Of a stretch of 64,000 nucleotides of DNA, positions 13,061 to 25,784 are shown piece after piece. Numbering within the stretch: position 1 is the stretch's first letter; each line of letters begins with the position of its first letter. A model generated the notes under the pieces. It did not search any database. It was given only the letters and a program-made list of their open reading frames with translations, and was not told the DNA's origin. This DNA comes from Octopus vulgaris (lineage: Eukaryota), in assembly GCA_951406725.2 (NCBI GenBank), contig OX597822.1, forward strand, positions 75,020,001 to 75,084,000. Reading direction: 5' to 3'. The translations under genes and the position numbers were made by a program.

Positions 13061-13649
13061 AAATGATATTTAACACAGGAGTAAAAATATCCAACGTAGA
13101 GTAATTTAATATTTAATCGAGGTAGAAATTCGAGAAAATGGCGTATAATTTCACCCAATTTCTACGTATCTTGAAGATTAATTTGATAGCTTGAAAACTA
13201 AGCGGCCACTGAGAATAGTCAATTAATTTTACATTTTTGATGATTTGCAAAATTTAGTTTTCGAGGCATTATATTTTATTAAAAAAAAAGATTAATAAGC
13301 TTCAAGAAAATTATTTAAGTCTTATATATCGGATTGTATTAAAACCTATCATTTGTTATTTTAATAGCTTCACTTGTTGTGGAAAGGCACGATGGAATTT
13401 TCGAATATCATATGGAATTTTTTTACATCAAGATTTAATAATATTGATTTAATAATGGCCATCAGAACTGTGTAAGCTTCAGTCTCTATACCAACTGTGC
13501 ACTTGCCCACCATTTCGTCATTTTACGATAGTGTTCAAAAACTCGTTACTTAACTGCTTATGAAACTCTTTGTGCAATTTCATAATAAATTTGACTTAGG
13601 ACAACATTAGAAAGTCCTTACATTCTAGGCTTTCGCCATAGGTAATAAT

Positions 13650-13975
13650 GACAATCCTTTCTACTATAGGCACATCGACTCCAGTGTATAACTGGTACTT
13701 ATTTAATCGACCACGAAAGGATGAAAGGCAAAGTCGACCTCGGCGGAATTTGAACTCAGAATGTAGCGGCAGACGAAACACCGCTAAGTACTTCGCCCCG
13801 CGTGCTAACGATTCTGCCACCTCACCGCCTTAATAGCAATAATAATGGATTCAAATTTTGGCTCAAGGCCAAGTTCTGGGGAGAGAGTCGATTACATTGA
13901 CCCCAGTATTCAACTGGTACTTATTCTATCGACCCCGACCCTGAAACGATGAAAAGCAAAGTCGACATCGGCTTT
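13650..13975 (-). mobile_element. Two SINE family A copies
   Basis: Reverse complement family A head and core. Confidence 0.75.
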
Positions 13976-14039
13976 GCCTTTCGTCCTTTTGGGGTTAATA
14001 ATAATAGTAATTATAATAATAGTAATAATATATTTTTGT

Positions 14040-14483
14040 GACCCCCTTCGGTCATGAATGACCATGGGATTACATCTAGAAAGTTACCATCCAAGGCACA
14101 AGTCTGGGCAAGGTTGTTTTATGGAAGAATAGCAGTCGCCCATGCATACTGGCCTCCCCTCTTCACTACACCAGTGTTATCCAAGGGAAAGGCAAAGGCC
14201 GATACAGCTTGGCACCAGTGACGTCGCAGCTCATTTATTAATGTGCAAGTGGCTGAGCACTCCACAGACACGTGTATACTTAACGTAGTTCTCGGGGAGA
14301 TTCAGCGTGACGCACAGTGTGACAAGGCTAGCCCTTTGAAATACAGGTACAACAGAAACAGGAAGAAAGAGTGAGAGAAAGTTGTGGTGAAAGAGTACAG
14401 CAGGGTTCACCACCACCCCCTGCCGGAGCCTCGTGGAGCTTTAGGTGTTTTCGCTTAATAAACACTCACAATGCCCGGTCTGA
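14040..14483 (-). mobile_element. Chimeric SINE: family C body joined to family D tail
   Basis: 14235-14483 matches family C; 14040-14235 matches the tail of family D (30960-31155). Confidence 0.75.
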
Positions 14484-14555
<72 letters not shown>

Positions 14556-14909
14556 CAACGATGACTATGATGATGATGAATATAAAGATTTTAAATTATG
14601 CATTTATGTACGAGAACTCTTCGTATCCATTCACATTCCTTAATATCAAGTTTGAAATTCTAATCGTACCTCACAATGTGAGAATTTAGCGACCCACCGT
14701 AGCATTAACGGCCATCAAAATGGCGTTGCACATGAATTTTGTCTTAATCTGTTAGGGCCGAAATCCCTGATTGTCACAAATAGGTGAAGCCAATGGAAAG
14801 ACTCACCGTCACTGCTTCATTACATTCAACAAATCGAACTAATCGATATTCTTATTGAAATTATAAATGGCTACCACATATTTTTAAACTTCAGTAAACC
14901 ATAAATGTC

Positions 14910-15420
14910 AACCCCCATCCATTTTCTCCCTCCATTGCTGGAGATGTGTTGTGGAGGTAGAGGTGTCAGGTACCTCCATAGGGTCCTCTCAGAAGCAAAC
15001 GTAATCAAACTTTCTTGCTGGATTCCCGAGCTAATGTGTCTATGTATATTAACTGAGTCTGATTATTATCCAGCCATCTTGTTCTTGGTCCTAATCCTGG
15101 GTCTCCTGCCTATCGTCTCGGCTTGAAGAAGCCATCTTGTGACATTTTAATCACATGTTCGTTTTCCGGAGATGTGACTTTTCACTGCAAAGAAACGGAG
15201 GTGCGACCCGGTGTGATTACCGAACTATATATCCTGTCGCTTAACTTCACTTCGGAGATCCTTCGGTGGAACTCATTTCAGCATCTGCATATTCGCGATC
15301 GTACACTTTCGGTCGTTAACCGAAATCCATGGCTATAGGTGAGGATAGGCACGAAAACCGAATTGAAGATAGAAAGTTCTTTTTTTTTTTCCAATTTCTC
15401 CTCCCTTAAACCGTTTCTGA
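14910..15420 (-). pseudogene. RTE-clade LINE 3' fragment
   Basis: KELSIFNSVFVPILTY..LTTESVRSRI...EF.RRI....DRI...PRTRWLD; GGATG-type tail at about 14915. Confidence 0.7.
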
Positions 15421-15469
15421 AATGTGCTATAGTTGAGAAAATCCTCATGCAAGGAATTTGCATGCAACC

Positions 15470-15730
15470 AGGAGTGGCTGTGTGGTAAGTAGCTTGCTTA
15501 CCAACCACATGGTTCCGGGATCAGTCCCACTGGGTGGAACCTTGGACAAGTGTCTACTATAGCCTCGGGCCGACCAAAGTCTTGAGTGGATTTGGTAGAC
15601 GGAAACTGAAAGAAGCCCGTCGTATATAAGTATATATGTGTGTGTGTTTGTATATGTTTGTGTGTCTGTGTTTGTCCCCCCGCCCCAACATTGCTTGACA
15701 ACCGTCAAATGACTGAAACAAGTAAAAGAG
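15470..15730 (+). mobile_element. SINE family B with internal deletion
   Basis: Head and tail match family B. Confidence 0.8.
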
Positions 15731-15744
15731 TAATCGCATTCCAA

Positions 15745-16180
15745 AGAGGCGAGCTGGAAGCATCGTAATCACGTCGGAAAAAACACTTAACGGCGAGCTG
15801 GCAGAATCGTTAGCACGCCGGGCGAAATGCTTAGTGGTATTTCATCTGCGGTTACGTTCTGAGTTCAAATTCCGCCGAGGTCGACTTTGCCTTTCATCCT
15901 TTCGGGGTCGATTAAATAAGTACCAGTTACGCACTGGTGTCGATATAATCGACTTAATCCATTTGTCTGTCCTTGTTTGTCCTCTCTGTGTTTAGCCTTT
16001 TGTGGGTAGTAAAGAAATAGCTATTTCTTCCGGCCTTACATTAGGAGTTGAAATAATGTCGACGTCGACTTTGCCTTTCGGGGTCGATAAAATAAATACT
16101 AGCTGAGCACTTTGATCGATGTAATCGACTTAGCCTCTCCTTCAAAAGTTTTGGCATTGTGCCAAAATTACAAAGAATTA
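15745..16180 (+). mobile_element. Tandem or nested SINE family A copies
   Basis: Three successive heads or cores. Confidence 0.8.
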
Positions 16181-16329
16181 TATTATTGTTAGTATTTGAG
16201 TTGTTGTAGATATCAAAATACGCACCGATAAATGTGAAAACAAATTATGAGATCTTATTTAAAAGATCTGCAATAGCATTGTATTTTTAGTTTTAAACGG
16301 GAATAGAGCAAAGTTCTTTTTATGCAATT

Positions 16330-16920
16330 GTACTAGAAAGATATTTATTTATACTCTTTGACCAGCAGGAATATTGAAGAACTTAACAGGCGGAAAAGAA
16401 GAGCTTACAAGTGACCTTATGTTTTAGTTGTCAATAAATCAACTTGATGCATCGAAAGTCGTTTCTGCTTTAATAGTAAATTCAGTTTTGTGAAGAATTA
16501 AGTATAAAAACAAACTCATCGTTGTAGATCAAATATCTGTTCTCTAAATATACACACTATTTCATTCGCTTGCTAAGAACTTAAAACGAACAAGAAATTT
16601 GCTAAAACGGAAATTATAGATTCTGTTTACATGACTGAACAAGAGGAGGAAGAACAAAGACCCAAAGGCTTTTAGGGCCTCAAAAACTATTAGGTGAATG
16701 GGATTGAGTAATCACAAACCATAAGTTGCTGCAATGGGAAGTAGCTGGTTATGAAAATATCTTCACATGGGAGACCTATCCGAGTGTGTACATTGCAGAA
16801 ACCATTAATACAATGTTAAGGTGGTTGTATCAGTTGGTCGAAAGATCAGGTTTATCAACCAAGGACAGGTACAGTGCAGCCGAAGACTTGTATACAGTAT
16901 TTGTCAATGCATTGTAACAG
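16330..16920 (+). pseudogene. Highly degenerate piggyBac-like transposase fragment
   Basis: Weak motifs in the expected order: LIVVDQ, RPKGF*GLK, GLSTKDRYSAAEDLYT (compare VDE, KP.KYG.K, GR.V..DN.YTS). Confidence 0.35.
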
Positions 16921-17054
16921 ACGAGCCTTTGGTTGATTGGCAGCCATGGTAAAAGCACTTACCTAAGTGCCATATGTATGCTAAAATTTTATTAAATCAT
17001 ATAGTACTTCACGGAATATATAAATTAATTGTATTCATATATATTTTATCTGTG

Positions 17055-17290
17055 TTATCTTTTAATTGATTCAGCCATTAGACTGTGGCCAGGCTGGGGC
17101 ACCGCCTTGAGAAATTTTAGTCGAAGTAACCGACTCAAGTACTTATCTTTTGTCAGCCCTTTCTGCCTGGTACTTATTTTATCGATATCTTCTACCGAAC
17201 CGCGAGGGTTACGAGGAGGAAAACACCTTCAATGGCTGTCAAGCGGTGCTGAGGGACAAACAGACACACTGAAACGAGTGCACACAAACA
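17055..17290 (-). mobile_element. SINE family B 3' half, diverged
   Basis: Similarity to family B tail. Confidence 0.6.
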
Positions 17291-18794
17291 CACACACACA
17301 TATACACACATATATGTACGTATGTATATGTATATATATATGTATCTATAGGTATATACATTAGCACACACACACATACATGCATACATACATACATACA
17401 TACATACATACATACATACATACATACATACATACCAGGGACGTGTCACTTGGGTTGGCAAGGTAGCCAATTCCTACCTTGAATAAAAGAGATCGATAGC
17501 AACATTTTCCTTTTATGGCAAAATATGCCCCTAACTCAAAATTATGAAGGTTACTCTGATCATTATGCATAAAATGCAAATTATTTTACCATTTTCAAGA
17601 TTAGGTAGGCATAATTCGCCCCTGCTTTTCTATCTCGGTATTTAAGCTACGCATAGTAATGCTGTTGTACTCGTGCTGCGTACACCTACAGCACTGTTTT
17701 CTTTGTGGGCTGTAAAGGCAGAAGTAAATCTGCCTTCAACTCGGTCGAACGCCTGTGTTTCACTTATGTTTTTTGTTTTACTACATAAAGGTCACCAACT
17801 GCCTACCCTGAGTTATTACTGACGGCACGTGCCTGATATACACACACACACACGTACGTATGTATATGTTGTGTGCATGTGTGACAAAGAGAGCTTCTGT
17901 CTTTTCCCGTACAACTGTCTTATTCAACAAGGGACACTTGAAAAGTTGCAGAATGTTATGCATGAAACCATTGGTCGCATTATTAATCCGCAAATAAAGT
18001 GTATATTTATCCAACAAATGCAGTGTTGTATTGTTCACTACTATTGCATCGTGTACACACACATAGACACCCCACCACACACAATCACACCTACACACAC
18101 ATAATTATCTTTATGCTGAATGCATGTATTTTACGTACATACACGTAAATACAGTTGCAAAATATACTTAATGCAGTCAATATTTGAAGAAGGATCTTCA
18201 AATAACAATTATTAATTACATAAGCAACTAAAAAAAAACAAACAAACAAAAAACAAAGCACTGACACGAACCTTTCGGGCAAAGGTTTGCGTAATGTGTG
18301 TAAGCGCTTTCCGAATAGGGAACGTTTTAGCCGCTACAATAAACGACTTTCTCTATATGAATTATCCTGTGACGTGTGTACTGAAAGCGTCTATATATAC
18401 ACTAGGAAAATTTCCTCCTAAAACTTCGTGTGATTTTTTAAAGCCTATTTTATATAATTCATAGTAATTATTTTAAGAAAATCTCTTTTCAAATATCTGT
18501 GTTTGTATGCATGCGTGTGTGTGTGTGTGAATGTGTGCGCGTGCATGTATGAGCGTGTGCGTATGTATCCAAAAATATAAATATTTGTAGTGGCTATAAC
18601 AAATTCAGGTGAGCTGATATGGAGAAAGTGATACAGATAAATACATACGCTTGGGCTTGATATATTAAATATAGATGCATAGATCTACACATGTAAATGT
18701 ATATAAGAATATATATATACATACACCAGGTGGTGCTATTAAGTTAGACATGGCCTGGGCCAATAATGGCCGAAACCTATCAAAGTATCAAAGT

Positions 18795-18986
18795 ATCAAA
18801 GTATATATACACACATATATATATATACACATATTTTTATATACACACATACATATATACACACATATACATAAATATATATACACATTTTTATATACAC
18901 GTATATATATATATATACATATGTATATATACATATATTTTTATATACATGTATATATATATATGTATATATACATATATTTTTAT

Positions 18987-19017
<31 letters not shown>

Positions 19018-19044
19018 CATATGTATATATACATATATTTTTAT

Positions 19045-19075
<31 letters not shown>

Positions 19076-19156
19076 CATATGTATATACACATATATTTTT
19101 ATATACATGTATATATATATATATATATATGTATATACACATATATTTTTATATAC

Positions 19157-19226
<70 letters not shown>
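18795..19226. repeat. TA-rich minisatellite with higher-order unit (CATATATTTTTATATACATGTATATA...)
   Basis: Unit repeated about 6 times with variable (TA)n. Confidence 0.9.
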
Positions 19227-19553
19227 TTCTGATTATTTTCAGTTTTTGTCTGTCAATATATATCCCTATATATAAATTTACAATTGTGCATAAATGCATG
19301 TATGTATAAATATATGTATATATATGCATACACATATACATATACAGATACGCATATGTATATATATATATATATATAATAAATATTAGGAAATAAATCC
19401 AAATTTACAGGGAAAAAATCAGATTTAGGATTAAATCCAATTTTATAGTAAAATATTATATAATATTATTAGAGACAAAACCACTATTTTGCAAAACAAA
19501 CAAGGAAAGACTTAATCAATACATAAAATTTTAATAAAAAATCAAAAAAACCG

Positions 19554-19596
19554 CCACTACAATTGTTTCTTGTCTTGATCGACAATCTTCAGGTGG
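19554..19596 (-). ncRNA. Minimal type I hammerhead ribozyme (mirror copy)
   Basis: Exact reverse complement of 19630-19672. Confidence 0.85.
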
Positions 19597-19629
19597 ACTT
19601 CCATAATTTGAAACTGACTTATTGGAAGT

Positions 19630-19672
19630 CCACCTGAAGATTGTCGATCAAGACAAGAAACAATTGTAGTGG
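19630..19672 (+). ncRNA. Minimal type I hammerhead ribozyme
   Basis: CCAC-CTGAAGA-TTGTC gatcaa GACAA-GAAAC aatt GTA-GTGG: intact core, 5-bp stem II, palindromic stem III, GUA cleavage triplet. Confidence 0.85.
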
Positions 19673-19756
19673 CGGTTTTTTTGATTTTTATTAAAATTTT
19701 ATGTATTGATTAAGTCTTTCCTTGTTTGTTTTGCAAAATAGTGGTTTTGTCTCTAA

Positions 19757-19811
<55 letters not shown>

Positions 19812-20623
19812 CAGATGTATTTATACATATAGACAAACTCACACATATTCGTGCGCACACATAATGTATGTGTTGTTATGCATAAGGACAGACATTTGAT
19901 AACCTTAGTTCGTACCGAAGCCTGCTAAGTCATAAGAAAATATATATATTAAGAATGAATGTTTCTATGATTTCTGACGACGTTTCCTATTGATTCCTCG
20001 CCAACAGCCATCCTAGCTATCTGTTGATACAATTGATACAAACGAAACAAATCAATTCTCACCGTTTGTTATCACAGCTGAACAATTGATGTATTTTCCG
20101 TAAGTTACACAGAAGATAAACTGAGTTCGCTATTACACACACACACGTACACATTTACCAACAGCTATACATAGAAACACATATATACTGTATGCAAGGC
20201 TAGGTACGCATGTAACTACCTTTAGTAATATCAATGATAAGTGATTACTTTGCATGCATTATGCGTTCTCAGAGACATGAAGGCACACAGATATAAGCAT
20301 ACCAATGTTCGCCCATTGTGTGTGTGTGTGTAGTGTGTTTGTGTGTATGTGAGAATGATGGTGGGTGAAGGTGGAGTGTAAGGGGGGATGGCAGTAGACA
20401 TATCTGACTGTTGGGGGTGATGGTGGGGCTGGTGGTAGTAAAGATGAGCGCGCGTGTGTTTGTGTACAAAGTGTAAAATTCTGAGTGCCTCCTTTTTCTC
20501 GAGACATATATATATATGAGACGCATAAATTATAATGGTTATTGACAATTTTGTCTTTTTTTTTTCGGCATATTTGACATTAGAATTTTTCTTTTATCCT
20601 TATTTTGTAAGGTGTATATATAT

Positions 20624-20721
20624 AAACCCTCCTTCTTCCCTTCTTTCCTGAGCGTCCAATAATACTTTATTCCACGTCCTTGCGTTGTTTTTTGCTTTTG
20701 TTTTCTTGTTTGGATTAACTT

Positions 20722-20722
<1 letters not shown>
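20624..20722 (+). repeat. 3' part of the PLE-like end also present at 29885-29980
   Basis: AAACCCTCCTTC...CCTGAGCGTCCAATAATAC...TTTGGATTAACT shared; flanked by (TA)n. Confidence 0.75.
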
Positions 20723-20762
<40 letters not shown>

Positions 20763-20853
20763 ATATATATATATGTATATATATGTATATGAATATATAT
20801 ATATATGTATATGTATATGTATATATATGTATATATGTATATATATATATGTA

Positions 20854-20911
<58 letters not shown>

Positions 20912-21001
20912 AGAAGTAAGGATTTATCATTCATACATACATAAATATTCTTCCACAGCGTTGGATTTTTATCTCATTCTGTTAAATATTCATTGATTTT
21001 A

Positions 21002-21060
<59 letters not shown>

Positions 21061-21255
21061 AATATGTACTTTTATGCGTATACGTATTTTCATGTATATA
21101 TACATGAGTATATGAATACAAATAAATACATGTGTAAGTATATATGTATGTATATATTTATATGTGTATATAGATGTTTATATATATGCAATAATGTATA
21201 TATATATATATATATATATAATTATGTTTATATATAATAACTTTTATATATATAA

Positions 21256-21294
<39 letters not shown>

Positions 21295-22149
21295 AGATAT
21301 ATAACTATATATACGTGCGTGTGTGTATATATATATATACACACACAAACATGAATGTGTGAGTGTATGTGTGTGTATGTGTGCCTTTATCTGTTACATA
21401 CACATAGATAAATGCACTTAATTCCTTCTATATCCTAATACCCATGCATATACGCCTATGGTTCTGCACGTACATCTACATACATCATACTCCTCACATG
21501 AAGGTTTTAATTTAAATCCTTACTTCTTAACAAAATCTTATTACTCGTAAAGAATTATTTATATGCACAGTCAGCAACACCTCCTCCCCCATATATATAT
21601 ATATATTAGATGTACATGCACATACACCCGGCATCACAGCTAGTAATATGACGAATCGAATCTGTACAGTCGCTATTTTATGAACTGATCGATTTTGTCT
21701 GAAATGCCGTTGGCTATTGGAGGAGCTTTAAAGATTATTATCGCCATAAAAGACATCGTATCAACTGGAATTGGTCGCCATTATCTTCCCTTGGAACTTT
21801 TCAATTATTCTTTTAGCGATACGGTTTTGTTTTTTCCTCGTCATAATGGAGTTGTGGCTGCTTCTGTTGTTTTTGTTGCTGCTGTTGTTGTTGCAATTGT
21901 TGTTACTGCACTTGATGCTGTTGTGATGATATTGCGGTAGGATCAGTAGCAAGTTCGAGAGCTATGGCGGTGACTGTGTTTGTAGCGATGACGAGGGATG
22001 GAAATGGCGGTGATGGTGGTACATGTGAGACTGATGGTGGTAGTGGTAGTGGAAATAGATTTATTTGTGATGAGTACGGCAAAAGAGGTGACTGTGGATA
22101 TGATGGCGGTGGTAGTGGTAGCTTATACAGGTGTGATAGCTGTGGACCC

Positions 22150-22418
22150 TAAATAAGGGTTGTTTAAAGATGTTGAAAGAAACCATAGTGGAGTTGTTGG
22201 GGAGCATCATAGCCATGTTTCCAGAAGTGAATTATTCAAACCCTCAAGAATTCCTCTCAATACATGGTTATGAAACTCCACCCACTACTTCGCGTGATCA
22301 GAGCTGCACATATCGTCAGCCATTAAGGGACATGCTTAATTGGTTAAGGTTAAGCAAATCTGTCGTATTGAGCAGAATATTTGCTGTAGCCCATCTTTTA
22401 TACCAAGACAAAACACTG
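22150..22418. mobile_element. Partial copy of (ATT/TAA)n-flanked interspersed element
   Basis: Aligns to 22776-23030. Confidence 0.75.
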
Positions 22419-22544
22419 CATTTATTATTATTATTATTATTATTATTAATATTATTGTTATTATTATTATAATATTATTATTATTATTATTGTTATTATT
22501 ATTATAATATTATTATTATTATTGTTGTTGTTGTTGTTATTATT

Positions 22545-23091
22545 GAGTGAGAGAGCAGCGCATGCCATCTAAGTGACACTGGGATAGAAATATACGAAGC
22601 CCAATATACCCATCATGACTACCCGTCTGACAAGGGTACATCAGGCACATGTATCACAACCATGTGCGTGCGTCATGGTGATCTCATAACAAGATAAAAA
22701 GCGCATGATCTTGCAGGTGGGACCCAGTTAGAATTTTCTTCAGGTTGAGTAGCCCATCTCACTCAGATGTTTCGTGAATAAGGGATGCTTAACAATGCTG
22801 AACAAAACCCCCATGTTTCCAAAGGTGAATTATTCAAACCCCAAAGAATCACTCTCAACACATGGCTATGATGATCCCCCACTACTTCTGCTTGTGATCA
22901 GATCAGAGATGCACATATCGTCAGCCACCAAGGGACATGCTCAACTGGTTATGGTCAAACAACTGACAGGCAAATTGTGGTACTGAGCAGAATATTTGCT
23001 GCAGCCTATCTTTTATACCAAGACAAAACAATGTACATAACACTTCCAATCAATCGAGATCAGAAGCCATGAGAACCGCTGCCTGGTACCG

Positions 23092-23092
<1 letters not shown>
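22545..23092 (-). mobile_element. About 550-bp non-coding element flanked on both sides by (TAA)n
   Basis: Two copies in the window, each abutting ATT repeats; strand is inferred. Confidence 0.6.
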
Positions 23093-23182
<90 letters not shown>

Positions 23183-23379
23183 GTTGTTGTTGTTGTTGTT
23201 ATTATTATTACAATTGTTCCTCTGTTTTGTTTCGGCCCTTGTGGTCAATAAAGTATTATTATTATTATTATTATCCCCTCCCCCAAATTTTCAGGCCTTG
23301 TGCCTATACTATAAAGGATTATTATTATTAGTTGTAGTCCTCCTCCTTCTCCTCCTCCTCCTCTTTGTTGGACAAAACG

Positions 23380-23555
23380 CTTTACTACATTTCTTCCGCT
23401 TCACTACGTTTTGAATTCAAATTCCGCCGGGGTCATCTTTGCCTGCCATGCCCTCAGGGAATCGATCAAATAAAGTACCCAGTCAAGTACTAGGATCGAT
23501 GGCATCGACTTTCCCCACCCCTTAAAACTGTTTGCTTTGTGCCACAATTCAAAAC
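23380..23555 (+). mobile_element. SINE family A, diverged
   Basis: Core similarity. Confidence 0.6.
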
Positions 23556-23777
23556 ATCATTTTCATTATTGTTGTGGTTATTGTTATTAACCCCCAACTC
23601 AACAGGTCAGTACTGACCATTCGGTTTTTTTTTTCATTTCAGGAAAAGTGTATCTAGGGTTACCTTATCAAACATGACGTTTTCTCATGCGATAAAGTAA
23701 GATTTAAGTGAAATTCGGTTGTCATTTCTTTGTATGTATGGTGGATTTTTATTTTTTCATTATTGGAAAGTTGTTTC

Positions 23778-23960
23778 GTGAAGGCATATGACCTATTGGT
23801 TAGAATGTTGCACTTACGATTGCGAGATTGTGGTTTCGATTACCACAGTGGGCAGTTGCGTTGTGTTCTTGAGCAAAACACTTCATTCCACGTTGCTCCA
23901 GTCCACTCGGCTGTAAATGAGTTTTACTGTGCAACAGACTGGCGTCCCATCCAGGGGAAA
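23778..23960 (+). mobile_element. SINE with family D head, diverged
   Basis: GTTGTGTTCTTGAGCAAAACACTTCATTCCACGTTGCTCCAGTCCACTC motif shared with 30823-31157. Confidence 0.7.
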
Positions 23961-24349
23961 GAAGGAGGAAAAGCTGTGATCTCGTTCTTTTGCACGCCAC
24001 TTTTGGTAATTGACTCAGTCTTAGGAGTCCAGGCAGTAACGTCAGGGGTTGTTGCTGACGATGCTGCTGCTTACTGTTGATGATGATGATGTTTAGATTT
24101 CATGCGGATTACATTTTTGACTCAGCTTCATTTTTTCTTCCTTTTCGTCTTCCTATTGACTGATAAATTTGTTTGGATCACAAATTTAGAGATTATTGTT
24201 TTTTACTTCTTATTTTTGTTTTTTTTTCTCTATCTTAATTCTTCAACAGTTGCTGTTTCAGGTACAGCCGTAAAAAAAGTCTATGGTTTTCGTTTTATTT
24301 TTGTTATCCATCCTCTGTTAACACTTTCTCTTGATCATCAATGCTTTAA

Positions 24350-24702
24350 TGCTACCGATTTTGTCATTGAAGTTGTTTAGCTCCAGGTCAAACCAGATAA
24401 AGCAGACCTCGGATCAAAGGTGTCCTCCAGATTTGCGTAGTAGATTCAACTGTCTTAGTTCCTTACTTTATTTTACTGATCCCAGAAGGTTGATATCACG
24501 ACGGGATTTGAACTCAGAGCTCAGTGCCACTTATTTTGTCACTGATGTTGTTTAGCTCCAGGTCAAACCAGATAAAGCAGACCTCGGATCAAAGGTGTCC
24601 TCCAGATTTGCGTAGTAGATTCAACTGTCTTAGGTCCTTACTTTATTTTACTGATCCCAGAAGGTTGATATCACGACGGGATTTGAACTCAGCTCAGTGC
24701 CA
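24350..24702. repeat. Near-identical direct tandem duplication, period 175 bp
   Basis: GTTGTTTAGCTCC at 24372 and 24547. Confidence 0.95.
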
Positions 24703-24840
24703 CAAGAGATTCTCCAAAGTGTTGTGTTCTACACTGTAACGTTTCAGTCAATTCACTGACTGAGAAGTCATTTAGAGTCGCAATTTCCAATATTTGTAGC
24801 TGGGTGTATTTTTAACTATGTATAACGACAGATGTGTATG

Positions 24841-24893
<53 letters not shown>

Positions 24894-25002
24894 ATTGGCC
24901 TGCTCGCTTAGCCAGCGGGGTGGCGTCGTCCGAAGGCTAAAACAATGCAAACGCATAGTCACCAGCGATGTGTAGCAACATCTGATGGTCTGGTCGGTCA
25001 AG

Positions 25003-25052
<50 letters not shown>

Positions 25053-25397
25053 GTGTGTGTGTGCGTGCGCATGCGTGACTGATACAGATAGGGTTTAATT
25101 AATCTGTTTCTCAGTAGATTGAAAAAAAATCGATGGGGATCCTTAATCCATTTCTGAATCTTATCGGATTCTCATCAAAGTAGTTTACTTCATTTTTGAC
25201 CAATCCCAGAGAAACATACAGTCAATCTATGTACTCAACATTTACAGCAGCTACAGGAAACTGGATCATACTAATTTGCATACCGTCACGCACACATTTT
25301 TTAATTGTTTTAGTTATTTGACTGCGGCGATGCTAGAGCACAGCCTTGAAGAGTCAAGTCGAACAAAGCAACACCAGGACATTTTTCTTTTTTCTAA

Positions 25398-25749
25398 GGG
25401 ACATTGTGAAGTAATCAATTCTTGTGACAAAGGGGTCTCGCCATTTTGGATACTTGAAAAATAAGAATGAGTCTAGAGAGTGGACCAAGGGAGGTAACAG
25501 GTGGCAAGGGGGACAACTAACTCATCAATATAATTTTTGAAGTGGTCAAAGTTTGTATATTAAGGTGTGGTCTGTACTTTTGCATGAACAGGTTTTCCTT
25601 GTTTGGGCGTTCTTGTAAGGAGATTGAATCTTTGCATTGGTATAATAGAAAGATATGGAAATTCGGCGTTTTATTTATTGCGCATCTGTCGATATGTCCG
25701 CTCTGGCGAAACCCTTTTGTCATAAAAATAGATTACTTCACAATGTCCT
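25398..25749. mobile_element. MITE with about 46-bp TIRs, PIF/Harbinger-like
   Basis: GGGACATTGTGAAGTAATC...GGGTCTCGCCA versus TGGCGAAACCC...GATTACTTCACAATGTCCT; flanks TAA / TGA. Confidence 0.65.
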
Positions 25750-25784
25750 TGAATATCACTACATTCATAAAATATGTATATATA

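Larger units (their letters stand above)
19457..19769. mobile_element. Perfect inverted repeat (about 147-bp arms, 19-nt spacer); PLE pseudo-LTR in inverted arrangement within (TA)n
   Basis: 19457-19603 is the reverse complement of 19623-19769. Confidence 0.9.
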
